Source: an uncultured Chloroflexia bacterium
GTDB taxonomy: Bacteria > Chloroflexota > Ktedonobacteria > Ktedonobacterales > JADMIN01
Length of the DNA stretch: 32,000 nucleotides
Direction: 5' to 3'
Assembly (NCBI GenBank): GCA_963718915.1
Contig: CAVRAI010000004.1
Span: 450,001 to 482,000, forward strand
The notes beneath the pieces were generated by a model. It was given only the letters and a program-made list of their open reading frames with translations, did no database searches and was not told the origin of the DNA. The position numbers were made by a program, and so were the translations under genes. Every line of letters starts with the position of its first letter. Position 1 is the stretch's first letter. This document shows positions 7,087 through 15,355 of this stretch, piece after piece.

Positions 7087-7750
7087 GGCGCCCGCTCCTC
7101 TCCGCGATGGGTAGCTCAACGCCCACGGAGCGCAAGAGCATCGTCCGCAGCGTGGGCAATGTGTCTTCGAGCCGTTCAGGTTCACCCATCGCCAGCCAGC
7201 GCACGACGATCTCATTGATCGCGCCGAACCATGCCCAGGAGATGAGCGTCGTATCCTGCGGCGCAATCGCGCCCGCCGCGACGGCGCGGTCGAGGTGCGT
7301 CTGTATCATGCCCGCGAAGCGCCCACGAGTATGCATCAGTTTCTCGTCGAAGCCATGACCAAGGCCCACCGCCTCGATGAGCAGGATTTTGCTGAGCTGA
7401 CGATGGCGTCCAAACGTTTCAAGGACGGTTCGCAGCGCCGAGTCCAGTTGGGCCACTGGATCGGTTTCTCCGGCGATGGCGCGATCGATGGCGGCGGCAA
7501 GTTTCGGCACCAGCTTATCTACCAGCGCAAGGAAGATGGCCTGTTTATTGAGAAAGTGGAAGTAGAAGCCGCCCTTGGAACTGTCCGACGCGCGGATGAT
7601 ATCATCCACAACGGTGCCATGATAGCCCTTCTCAGCAAAGACCTGTTCCGCCGCATCGAGCAGGCGCTGGCGGGTGGCGTCTTTGTCGCGGGTAGCGTGC
7701 TGGCCTGCCGTGCGCGCATGCCCGCTCGTCGGGGTCTCGTGCTCGTCCAT
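7076..7750 (-). CDS. TetR/AcrR family transcriptional regulator
   Basis: The N-terminal HTH reads RQRLLDAAEQVFAEKGYHGTVVDDIIRASDSSKGGFYFHFLNKQAIF. The stop at 7076-7078 overlaps the mqnA start by 11 nt. Confidence 0.9.
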   Translation of the reverse strand: MDEHETPTSGHARTAGQHATRDKDATRQRLLDAAEQVFAEKGYHGTVVDDIIRASDSSKGGFYFHFLNKQAIFLALVDKLVPKLAAAIDRAIAGETDPVAQLDSALRTVLETFGRHRQLSKILLIEAVGLGHGFDEKLMHTRGRFAGMIQTHLDRAVAAGAIAPQDTTLISWAWFGAINEIVVRWLAMGEPERLEDTLPTLRTMLLRSVGVELPIAERSGRHDA

Positions 7751-7768
7751 AGCGCATCTCCGTTGGCG

Positions 7769-7788
7769 CGTCGGATTACGTACCGACG
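7769..7788. promoter_or_regulatory. Candidate TetR operator (inverted repeat cgtcgg-N8-ccgacg)
   Basis: A perfect 6-bp inverted repeat flanks attacgta (with a tacgta core palindrome), 19-38 nt upstream of the TetR start codon. Confidence 0.35.
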
Positions 7789-7931
7789 TGCCGGTCTGTT
7801 AGCATCTATCCTTGATTGTAGGAGGCGGTGTGAAGCGGCGTCAAGCGATATGGAGCGCAAAAGAACTCAGGTAGTCGATGCACGCACGATGAGGCGATGC
7901 TGGCGGGGGTGGGAAGTGGCTGGAAAACACA

Positions 7932-7983
7932 CAGAACCAGAGAGGGCAGCGTTCAATGAATGAGACTGCCATTTCTGGTTCTG
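7932..7983 (-). terminator. Candidate intrinsic terminator for the 8736->8026 gene pair
   Basis: A 10-bp outer stem (cagaaccaga / tctggttctg) plus an inner ggcag/ctgcc stem. On the minus strand the hairpin is followed by tgtgtgttttcc. Confidence 0.5.
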
Positions 7984-8025
7984 GTGCGCAAGCTCGCACG
8001 TGGCTGCTGGTGCGGTCGTACCGCG

Positions 8026-8487
8026 CTAATGCCAGATCGAGCGTGGAAAGTGATTCGCTGTGTGAAGGTAGCCTTCTTCATCAGCCTCGATCAGCAACTT
8101 GTGGATCAGCACAACATCCGCCTCTGGTAACCCGCCACTGGCAGGCTGCACGCAGAGCCGTTCGCTCACACGGTCGTGTTCGATCACCAGCACCTGGCCC
8201 GGCCCGCGTGGAACGCGATAGGTTCTACCTGGATGCTTTGCGCTGCTGAGATCCAGGTAGCCGGAGTCGCAGAGTTGGTGATACTGTGCTGGTGAGAGCT
8301 GATCGTGTAACAGCATCTCCGCCGTGCGCTCAGCGGGCACAGGCCACCATTTCTGCATCCGCAGCCAGGGCCACATGCGCGCGCTAAGCGTAGGCCACGA
8401 CCAGAGCATCAGCACGAACTTACCCACCAGAATCAGGATAATGGTGGTCACTGCGACTGCGCCAAGTGTGTCACTAAGCGAGTTCAT
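8026..8487 (-). CDS. Hypothetical N-terminally membrane-anchored protein
   Basis: The N-terminal hydrophobic segment is LGAVAVTTIILILVGKFVLMLW. The C-terminal soluble domain (...GRTYRVPRGPGQVLVIEHDRVSERLCVQP...LIHKLLIEADEEGYLHTANHF) has no family I can name. Its start lies 3 nt after the upstream stop. Confidence 0.6.
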   Translation of the reverse strand: MNSLSDTLGAVAVTTIILILVGKFVLMLWSWPTLSARMWPWLRMQKWWPVPAERTAEMLLHDQLSPAQYHQLCDSGYLDLSSAKHPGRTYRVPRGPGQVLVIEHDRVSERLCVQPASGGLPEADVVLIHKLLIEADEEGYLHTANHFPRSIWH

Positions 8488-8490
8488 ACG

Positions 8491-8736
8491 TCAGCCGCCG
8501 ACGACTCGCGGAATCATGACGATTTCCTGAGCCTCGGGGTCAAATCGGTCAATTCGCTCGGCTGGCTTGCCTGGCGCCACCTTGACGGCTGTGGCGCCTT
8601 TTTCTCGCTGCTCCGCGAAGATGCGCTCGGCCTCCCTGACGGCGGCGACAGCCTCGGGATCTCCGACCTCTACCGCGTTTCGCTCCCACGTGTACCGATC
8701 ATCTCCACGGTGTGAGAGCACTCGTAACACTCCCAT
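8491..8736 (-). CDS. 81-aa protein with a MoaD/ThiS/ubiquitin-like C-terminal Gly-Gly (possible beta-grasp)
   Basis: A strong AGGAGG lies about 8 nt upstream of the ATG. The protein ends ...DPEAQEIVMIPRVVGG*, resembling the (D/E)E(V/I)xxxPPV(S/T)GG tail of MoaD-type sulfur carriers. The predicted beta-alpha-beta layout (VLRVLSH / PEAVAAVREAERIFAEQ / TAVKVAP) is compatible with a beta-grasp fold. Confidence 0.55.
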   Translation of the reverse strand: MGVLRVLSHRGDDRYTWERNAVEVGDPEAVAAVREAERIFAEQREKGATAVKVAPGKPAERIDRFDPEAQEIVMIPRVVGG

Positions 8737-9164
8737 GACACATACCTCCTCATTGCTCTAGCAAAGGCAAAGCGCCTGAGCTATTCCAAACTGAGTGGCT
8801 GGTCCGGTGGCGGGCCATCTGATGATTCCGTGGTCAGCAAGCAGAGCCTGGGCAATATTCAGCCCAACTACCTACGATGGCCGTGTGTACAGATGATGGG
8901 AAATGATAACGCTTCAACACAACGCGATGCGCTGTGATCCTTGCGAATCCTCACAATTCGAGTATGGCACGTCAGATGCCATTGTGCAAGGCCCAGCAAT
9001 ATGATACACCGCGATAATGCGCATGACGCCGACACAACACGGCCAACGTCAGATCTCCACCAGCTGGCGCATTATTCTGCTCAAGCTGGTCTCTATAGAG
9101 CTATACTTTGCAGGATACGTACCACATACCGTGGGTTTGCTCTACGGTGTCTGAAAGTGGGGGG

Positions 9165-10301
9165 TTACTTACCGCGCCCGGGCATGCCGCGGCGGGCCAT
9201 TGCATGTACGTCACGCTCGAATCCACGCGCCACAAGCCACTCGCGCGTCATCCCGGTGACGACGACCGGGCGCTGCCGCATCTCGTCGATGGTGGCTGCT
9301 CCGGTCAGTTGCATTGCCACGCGCAACTCCGCCAGGAACTGGTTCAGGAAGGCGCGCACCGCTTCTAGCCCCTCGCTCGCCGCCTTCAGGAAGGGGAAAC
9401 CCATGCCGATGAGCGTGGCCCCGAGCGCCAACGCCCGCGCGGCATCCAGACCCGAACGTACGCCGCCGGTGGATATCACTGGCAGGCCCGGCGCGCCCAG
9501 GCGTGTCTCGACCACGGCAATAGGTGTGGCGATGCCCCAGGCGCGGAAGAGCTGGCCGATACGGGCCGTTGTGTCATCACCGCGAGACTGCGCGCGGACA
9601 CTTTCCATCGCGGCCATGCTGCTGCCTCCGGCGCCACCCACATCGATTCCCGCGACGCCCGCCGCTCGGAGCGTGTGGGCCTGCTCGTAGCTGATGCCCG
9701 CGCCCGTCTCTTTGGCGATGACAGGAACGCCAACCTCCGCCGCGATCTTGCGCAACGCTTCGAGACTGCCACGAGCTCGACGGTCGCCTTCCGGCTGCGC
9801 CGCCTCTTGCAGATAGTTGAGGTGGATGGCCAACGCGCGCGCGCCGATCATCTCGACCGCACGGCGAGCGTCTGTGACCGTGAAGGCTGGATGCCGCTTC
9901 TGCGCGATGAGCTGCGGCGCGCCGACATTGGCAATCAGAAATGCGCTGGAGGCGGCGGTACGAACGACCTCATAGGTCGCGGCGAGTTCAGGCGTGACGA
10001 GCGCCGCCCGCTGGCTGCCAACACCCATTGCCAGACCGTATTCGCCCGCGATGGTCGCCAGCCGCTCGTTGATGGTGGCGACATCGGGATGACCGCCGGT
10101 GAGCGAGGAGATGAAGATGGGGTAGCGCAGGCGGCTCCCCAGGAAATCGACCGAGGTATCAATGTCGTCCAGGTCAACCTCAGGCAGCGCTCGATGCACC
10201 AGCCGCACGTCAGCCCACGTCGCCTGCTGCGGCGCGGCGATGTCGTTTTCGAGCGCGATGGTGACATGTTCGATTTTGCGTTGCCTGACCTCGTCTGACA
10301 T
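9165..10301 (-). CDS. fni: Type 2 (FMN-dependent) isopentenyl-diphosphate delta-isomerase
   Basis: Motifs are RKIEHVTIALEN, PIFISSLTGG, GLAMGVGSQRAAL, IAKETGAGIS and ISTGGVRSGLD. The gene starts 21 nt after the FAD-subunit stop. Confidence 0.9.
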   Translation of the reverse strand: MSDEVRQRKIEHVTIALENDIAAPQQATWADVRLVHRALPEVDLDDIDTSVDFLGSRLRYPIFISSLTGGHPDVATINERLATIAGEYGLAMGVGSQRAALVTPELAATYEVVRTAASSAFLIANVGAPQLIAQKRHPAFTVTDARRAVEMIGARALAIHLNYLQEAAQPEGDRRARGSLEALRKIAAEVGVPVIAKETGAGISYEQAHTLRAAGVAGIDVGGAGGSSMAAMESVRAQSRGDDTTARIGQLFRAWGIATPIAVVETRLGAPGLPVISTGGVRSGLDAARALALGATLIGMGFPFLKAASEGLEAVRAFLNQFLAELRVAMQLTGAATIDEMRQRPVVVTGMTREWLVARGFERDVHAMARRGMPGRGK

Positions 10302-10322
10302 AGGACGCTCACTACTCCGATA

Positions 10323-11321
10323 TCATCCTTCTTCGGGCCACATGCGCGCAGCCATCAAGAGCGCCCGTCGTGCCAGTTCGCGAGCCAGTGGTACTTTGTA
10401 GCGGTTGTGCGCCAGCGGCGTCGCGCTCTGAACAGCCAGTTCCGCCGCCTGAGCGGCCAGCTCTGATGTGAGTGGCTGCCCTGCGAGCAGCGCCTCGGCT
10501 TCCGTGACCCGCCACGGGACGTTGGCGACGCTGCCCAACACCAGCCGTGTGTGGGTTACTATGCCGCCATCCAGCGTCAGTTGCGCCGCCGCGCTGACCA
10601 GCGCGAATGCCCAGGCGCGCCTATCCATCGCCTTGAGATACACTCCGTGAGCGTTTTGGGATTGCGCCGGAACGCGAATTTCGGTGAGCAATTCACCGGG
10701 GCGCAGGCGATACTCGATCCGCTCGTCAGCCGTGGGCGGCGCCAGCAGCTCAGCTACGGGAAGTGTGCGCGCGCCAGATGCGCTCTCCAGGGTGACAGTG
10801 GCGTCAAGCGCGACCAGCGCCGGAGCCAGGTCGGAGGGGTGCGCCGAGCGGCACGGCCCCTGCTCGAAGATGGCGGCGTACTTGTTCTCGCCGTTGCGCA
10901 TGTAACACGTCTCACCACCCTTGAGCCAGCAGTCGAAGGGGCCGCGAAAATACCAGCAACGGCTGCGTTGGAGTAGGTTGCCGCCCACGGTCGCCATCGC
11001 GCGGAGCTGTGGTGTGGCAGCGTCGGCTACCGCTTGCGTCAGAATTGGCAACCGCTCGGCCACGTCGGCGCTCCGCTCAAGCTCGGCAAGAGTCGTCAGC
11101 GCGCCGATGCGCAGGCTACCATCGTCCTCGAAGGCGAGATGGCGCAATGCCCGTGCGGGCTTGATGTCGATCAGCCGATCTACTGTCAGCAGGCCGTCTT
11201 TGAGCAGGGGCAGGAGGTCAGTGCCCCCAGCGATCAGGCGTGTCGTGTCGCCAGCAGACGCGGCGAGTGTGGAGATGGCGTCGTCGCTGGCTTGCACGGT
11301 GAGATGTTCGAATGGGCGCAT
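10323..11321 (-). CDS. Xanthine dehydrogenase / CoxM-family FAD-binding subunit
   Basis: RLIAGGTDLLPLLKDGL and the CO-dehydrogenase flavoprotein-like C-terminal part are present. The gene starts 3 nt after the large-subunit stop. Confidence 0.85.
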   Translation of the reverse strand: MRPFEHLTVQASDDAISTLAASAGDTTRLIAGGTDLLPLLKDGLLTVDRLIDIKPARALRHLAFEDDGSLRIGALTTLAELERSADVAERLPILTQAVADAATPQLRAMATVGGNLLQRSRCWYFRGPFDCWLKGGETCYMRNGENKYAAIFEQGPCRSAHPSDLAPALVALDATVTLESASGARTLPVAELLAPPTADERIEYRLRPGELLTEIRVPAQSQNAHGVYLKAMDRRAWAFALVSAAAQLTLDGGIVTHTRLVLGSVANVPWRVTEAEALLAGQPLTSELAAQAAELAVQSATPLAHNRYKVPLARELARRALLMAARMWPEEG

Positions 11322-11324
11322 AGA

Positions 11325-13658
11325 TTACTCGTCCTCTCCAGCTTCAGAGAGCATATCCAGCACGCGGTCAGGCGTCAGCGGCAGCCGTGTGATGGAGCGC
11401 CCCAGCGCATGGCCGACGGCGTTGGCGATGGCGCCGGGCGTTGGTATGATGGGCGGCTCGCCCGCGCCTAGCACGCCTAGCGTATTGGCGACCACGAGCG
11501 GTTCGTCGAGCAGCACGATATCGATCTCCGGGATATCGCGGATGGTTGGCGCCTTGTAGTCGCCCAGGTTTGGATTCATCACCATCCCCAGCCGCTCGTC
11601 TACGACGCGCTGCTCGGTGAGGGCGAATCCTATCCCCTGAATGATGCCGCCCTCGATCTGGCTGCTGAAGGTCAGCGGGTTGACGATGCGCCCGCAGTCA
11701 TGCGCCGCGACGATGCGCAGCACGCGCACCGCGCCCGTGCCGACATCCACCTCAACCTCGGCAAACTGCGCGCCGAAGGTTCGCACGGTCACATCTTCCG
11801 CGTTGGGGCCGCGCATGCCTTTCGCCGTAATCTCGTGGCCATCCAGTTGTTCGAGAAAGGCGCTTACGCTGCCCATCTCGCTGCCAGTCTCGCGATTGAA
11901 GACGGTCGCGTTGCGGATTTCGAGCGCGTCCGCTGGCGCCTCGGCAAGATGACCGATGATTTCCAACATCTCTTTGCGCGCCTCGGTCGCGGCCATGCGA
12001 ACGGCCGGACCAACCGAGGCCAGGGTCATACTTCCGCCACTGCCAGGGGAGAAGACGCCGTACGCCGTCTCGCCCAGTTCGACGCGCACCCGTTCGAGCG
12101 GATAGCCCAGTTCTTCGGCGGCAATCTGCGCCAGCACGGTTCGGGTGCCAGTGCCGATATCCTGAGTCCCGGTGATGATGACCGCAGTGCCATCGGGCAG
12201 GAGCTTTGCGATAGCCTGCGCTGGCGGCCCACCATCGCCACCCCAGAACTGGCTGGCCATGCCGATGCCACGGCGCAGGTGGCCACTGCGGCCAGCGGGG
12301 AAGTGTCGGTCCTCGTCGTTGCGCGTCGTCCAACCGATACGCTCCGCGCCGATGCGGTAGCATTCATGCAGCAGATTGCGCGCATAGGGACGGTCGAGCA
12401 ATTGATAGCGCGCCGCGAAGTTCTTGCGCCGCAGCTCCAGCGGATCCATGCCCAATTTTGCGGCGAGGGCATCCATCGCCACCTCCAGCCCGGCCATCCC
12501 TTCCACGACTCCCGGCGCGCGGAATGCGGCGAGCGTACCGAGATTGGTGCGGGCAGGGCGGTCGGTGGTTCGGACATTGGCGCACTGGTAGAGTTCTTTC
12601 GCGGGCAGTGTCACTGGCGAGGCCCATTCGCCGTTTGCGCCAACATTGTGTACGACATCGACGTCGAGCGCGGTCAGCGTGCCGTCCTGCTCAGCGCCGA
12701 GCCGGTAGGCCTGGATGCTGGGAGGGCGATTGCCCGCATCAAGATTCTCCTCGGTGCGGTCGAGCAGGTATTTTACCGGCAGCCCCAGTTGTCGTGAGGC
12801 ATATGCGGCCAGCAGTCCCGTCCGGTGCGCGCCAAACTTGCTGCCGAAGCCACCGCCCATGAACTGAGTAATGACCTGAACCGCGGTGAGCGGTAGCCCT
12901 AACGCTTGCGCGACCTGCTGGCGCGAGCCATAGACTGCCTGCGTGGAGAGCCAGACGGTCAGGCGCGAGCCATCCCAGGACGCGACGCCACCATGCGTCT
13001 CAAGCGAGTTATGCATTGCGGCGGGCGTTTCCAGCCGGGTCTCCACAGTGACGGCGGCCTGGGCGAGCGCGGCCTCGGCGTCGCCACGCTGGTAGACGCT
13101 GGGGAACTCGTCCGAGATGGTGTTCGACGGTCGCGCCGTGTTGACCTGGGGGGCGTCGTCGGCCAGGGCAGCTTCTGGATGGGTGACGAAGGGCAGCGGC
13201 TCATATGTCACGTCAATCGCGCGAACGGCCTCGCGCGCCTGCTCCGGCGTCTCGGCGACCACCAGCGCCACCAGATCGCCATGATAGAGCATCTCTGTGC
13301 CAAAGATAGGCTGTTTGGTGGAAGGATTGACGAACTCGCCCGCGTTACGATGCGAGAATATCGCGCGCACCCCAGGGAGCCTCTCGGCGCGTGTGGTATC
13401 CAGCCCGGTGATGCGCGCGTGCGGGTGTGGCGAGCGCAGGCCAGCCGCGGTCAGCAGGCCGGGCAGCGCAACGTCGATGCTGTATTCGGCGGCTCCCGTA
13501 ACGCGCTCGCGGGCATCTACGCGCGGCGTGGGCTTGCCGACAACCTGAAGCTGCGCCTCTGGTCCCCAGACGGGCGGCTCCTCGCCCTCCAGCACAACCC
13601 GCTTCTCTTCGACCTGTCCCTCGAATTCGAGATGCGTGGTGACAATGCGAATTGGCAT
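11325..13658 (-). CDS. Xanthine dehydrogenase / aldehyde oxidase family molybdopterin-binding large subunit
   Basis: The protein is 777 aa. Motifs are GKPTPRVDARERVTG, FMGGGFGSKF and LAAFRAPGVVEG. The substrate is not assignable from sequence. Confidence 0.9.
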   Translation of the reverse strand: MPIRIVTTHLEFEGQVEEKRVVLEGEEPPVWGPEAQLQVVGKPTPRVDARERVTGAAEYSIDVALPGLLTAAGLRSPHPHARITGLDTTRAERLPGVRAIFSHRNAGEFVNPSTKQPIFGTEMLYHGDLVALVVAETPEQAREAVRAIDVTYEPLPFVTHPEAALADDAPQVNTARPSNTISDEFPSVYQRGDAEAALAQAAVTVETRLETPAAMHNSLETHGGVASWDGSRLTVWLSTQAVYGSRQQVAQALGLPLTAVQVITQFMGGGFGSKFGAHRTGLLAAYASRQLGLPVKYLLDRTEENLDAGNRPPSIQAYRLGAEQDGTLTALDVDVVHNVGANGEWASPVTLPAKELYQCANVRTTDRPARTNLGTLAAFRAPGVVEGMAGLEVAMDALAAKLGMDPLELRRKNFAARYQLLDRPYARNLLHECYRIGAERIGWTTRNDEDRHFPAGRSGHLRRGIGMASQFWGGDGGPPAQAIAKLLPDGTAVIITGTQDIGTGTRTVLAQIAAEELGYPLERVRVELGETAYGVFSPGSGGSMTLASVGPAVRMAATEARKEMLEIIGHLAEAPADALEIRNATVFNRETGSEMGSVSAFLEQLDGHEITAKGMRGPNAEDVTVRTFGAQFAEVEVDVGTGAVRVLRIVAAHDCGRIVNPLTFSSQIEGGIIQGIGFALTEQRVVDERLGMVMNPNLGDYKAPTIRDIPEIDIVLLDEPLVVANTLGVLGAGEPPIIPTPGAIANAVGHALGRSITRLPLTPDRVLDMLSEAGEDE

Positions 13659-13734
13659 GTAGAAGCCCTCTCCCTCGGCCCCTCCCCGTGCTCGGGAGGG
13701 GAGCCAGACCTGGTGTCGATGTTATGATGGGCGG

Positions 13735-14247
13735 TTATGATGGGCGGCCCGCCAGCGCGCGTGCGGCGGCAAGAATTTTGGGGTACGCGCCGCAACGGCA
13801 GAGATTCCCTGACATCGCGCGCTCGATCTCCTCATCGGAGGGTTGCGCGTTGCGCAGCAGAAGCGCCTTGAGCGCGAGCACCTGCCCCGGCGTGCAGAAG
13901 CCGCATTGCAGCGCGTCGTGTTCGATGAACGCCTGTTGCACCGGGTCAAGCGCGTCGCCGTGCGCCAGGCCCTCGATGGTGGTGATGGCGCGCCCCTGAC
14001 ACTCGACGGCGAGCAGCAGGCAACTGTAGACAGCCTCGCCATCCAGCAAGACGGTGCATGCGCCGCATTGGCCCATGTTGCATCCTGGCTTGGCGCCTGT
14101 CAGATGCAAATCTTCGCGCAGGGCGTCCAGCAGTGTGCGGCGCGGTTCCACACTCAGCGCGCGGACTCGTCCATTGATCGTCAGCTCTATCGGTGTTCGC
14201 GGCATGGCGGAAGGTGATTGCGAAGAAGGCGAGGTCATCGAAGTCAT
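13735..14247 (-). CDS. (2Fe-2S)-binding small subunit of the molybdenum hydroxylase
   Basis: LTINGRV...GAKPGCNMGQCGACTV (plant-type ferredoxin cluster) and QCGFCTPG...LCRCGAY (second cluster) are both present. Confidence 0.9.
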   Translation of the reverse strand: MTSMTSPSSQSPSAMPRTPIELTINGRVRALSVEPRRTLLDALREDLHLTGAKPGCNMGQCGACTVLLDGEAVYSCLLLAVECQGRAITTIEGLAHGDALDPVQQAFIEHDALQCGFCTPGQVLALKALLLRNAQPSDEEIERAMSGNLCRCGAYPKILAAARALAGRPS

Positions 14248-14306
14248 CGAATGCCAGCCTGCCTTTCATGGGTGAATCTGGGCTTGTCGCGAGGACGTCG
14301 GCGTTT

Positions 14307-14338
14307 GTCGCCTGAGTCGCCTGAGTCGCCTGAGTCGC
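14307..14338. repeat. 9-bp tandem repeat (gtcgcctga x3.5)
   Basis: Directly visible as gtcgcctga gtcgcctga gtcgcctga gtcgc, in the divergent intergenic region between the hydroxylase operon and the gene at 14531. Confidence 0.9.
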
Positions 14339-14417
14339 ATAGGTTGTTTCGCGCGACGCTTCAGGGAATGTAGCACAGGGCGGCGGTGTTCCGCAAACAG
14401 CCTATTCTCCCACGCGC

Positions 14418-14447
14418 TTGACGTTCCCGGACGCGCGCCAGTATAGT
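14418..14447 (+). promoter_or_regulatory. Candidate sigma70-type promoter (TTGACG-N18-TATAGT)
   Basis: The -35 ttgacg lies at 14418-14423 and the -10 tatagt at 14442-14447, about 85 nt upstream of the 14531 ORF. Confidence 0.45.
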
Positions 14448-14530
14448 GCCAGCGCGGCTGCCCGACAGTGCGTTCGCTAGAGTGGGGCATGGATGCCGCG
14501 GGCAAGTAGACGCGCAAGAAGATGTGAGGA

Positions 14531-15346
14531 GTGGACGTGCGGGAGTTTAATCGCCGAGAGATGGCCGCCGCGAAGAGCCGCCGCGCAACCCCGGCGGAGC
14601 TGCGAGAGGCGCGCGAACGGCTGAAGGAAATTGACGCGGAACTTCAGCAGATGGAGCTGCTTCCCGAGACCAAAAATGGCGAGGAACGCGAGCAGCGCTA
14701 CGAGCGGGTCTTGCGGCTGCGCGCCATGCGTGATGATTTCTCGCGCAAAGTCCCGCCGCTCAAGGCGAACCATCCCAATAGCATTCTGCTCTCGCTCTTC
14801 ATGATTGTCGCCTCAGTGCTCATCTGTGGCGTCTGTGGTGGCGGTTCGTTCTATCTGCTCCGATACATCACACAAAAGCCGGATCCCACGGCGACCAGCA
14901 GTGGCTTCTGGGATGACATGAAGACTCAGAATTACATCGATCTTCATGATAACCTGCTGTCCTCCACATTGCGTGTGCAGCGGACCCCCGACGTGTTTGT
15001 GAACGATGCGAAAACCGCCGACGACGTCTACGGCAACGTGACCGATGCGCAGCTTATCGGTGCGCCAGACAACGCGGCGCAGGCGGACGATGTTAAGCTG
15101 ACGTACGCGGTGACGCGCGGCTCGAAGGTGAAATACAACGTGACGCTCGAATTGCAGTATCGCGCCACGCCAACGCCGTCCTGGGGGGTGAGCGATTTCG
15201 GCGATACCTTCGCGCCAACTGGCCCGGGCGTGCCGAATATCCAGCCGACGCCAACGGTGAACCCGAATGAGACGCCAACGTCTACGCCAGTCTCCAGCAT
15301 TGGCAACGGGCCGCTCATGTGGGTTGCGCGCCGCTCAGGGAGTTGA
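14531..15346 (+). CDS. Hypothetical single-pass membrane protein (charged N-terminal helix, TM, extracytoplasmic domain, P/T-rich tail)
   Basis: The start is a GTG at 14531; alternatives are a GTG at 14537 and an ATG about 14561. GAGGAG sits at 14526-14531. The TM segment is ILLSLFMIVASVLICGVCGGGSFYLL. I recognise no named family. Confidence 0.6.
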   Translation: MDVREFNRREMAAAKSRRATPAELREARERLKEIDAELQQMELLPETKNGEEREQRYERVLRLRAMRDDFSRKVPPLKANHPNSILLSLFMIVASVLICGVCGGGSFYLLRYITQKPDPTATSSGFWDDMKTQNYIDLHDNLLSSTLRVQRTPDVFVNDAKTADDVYGNVTDAQLIGAPDNAAQADDVKLTYAVTRGSKVKYNVTLELQYRATPTPSWGVSDFGDTFAPTGPGVPNIQPTPTVNPNETPTSTPVSSIGNGPLMWVARRSGS

Positions 15347-15355
15347 GAGGTTCAC

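Noticed and set aside
7087-7266. N-terminal 60-codon extension of the mqnA ORF. Similar extensions occur on glnA (21055-21120), efp (25642-25734), the accB-like gene (26270-26359), the NTF2-like gene (1358-1522) and TIR-TPR (31640-31663).
   Set aside because: The extensions overlap upstream genes or are compositionally aberrant (Arg/Cys/Ser-rich). They precede an internal ATG that has a Shine-Dalgarno sequence and marks the point where family homology begins.
11700-12797. 365-aa plus-strand ORF, together with similar long ORFs at 12906-13727, 16363-17448, 17749-18399, 19437-20081, 9675-10298, 8941-9690, 5076-5702 and 7295-7963
   Set aside because: All lie antisense to, and within, genes with strong family motifs (Moco subunit, ABC exporters, fni, the radical-SAM-like gene, TetR). 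They are low-complexity and Arg/Ala/Gly/Pro-rich and lack plausible ribosome-binding sites. They are GC-driven open frames, not genes.
11325-13658. Calling the molybdenum hydroxylase a carbon-monoxide dehydrogenase (coxSLM)
   Set aside because: The form-I CODH active-site signature (V)AYRCSFR is absent and the corresponding region reads AFRAPG. Only the generic xanthine-dehydrogenase-family assignment is supportable.
13661-13705. G/C-rich gggagaggg / cccctccc motifs recurring at 13661-13705, 18150-18170, 27095-27118 and 30291-30312, considered as a dispersed repeat family
   Set aside because: Three of the four sit 5-12 nt upstream of start codons (Moco subunit, second ABC gene, xseA). They are best explained as strong Shine-Dalgarno-like sequences. 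The fourth is simply the stem of the convergent-gene hairpin. There is no extended shared flank.
14307-14338. Possible CRISPR-like array or other spaced-repeat array
   Set aside because: The repeats are 9 bp and directly tandem, with no spacers. No 25-40-bp repeat/spacer periodicity and no cas genes occur anywhere in the window.
14266-14517. 83-aa minus-strand ORF containing RLRRLRRLRR
   Set aside because: The Arg/Leu run is just the translation of the 9-bp tandem repeat. The ORF lies in the divergent promoter region and has no other coding features.
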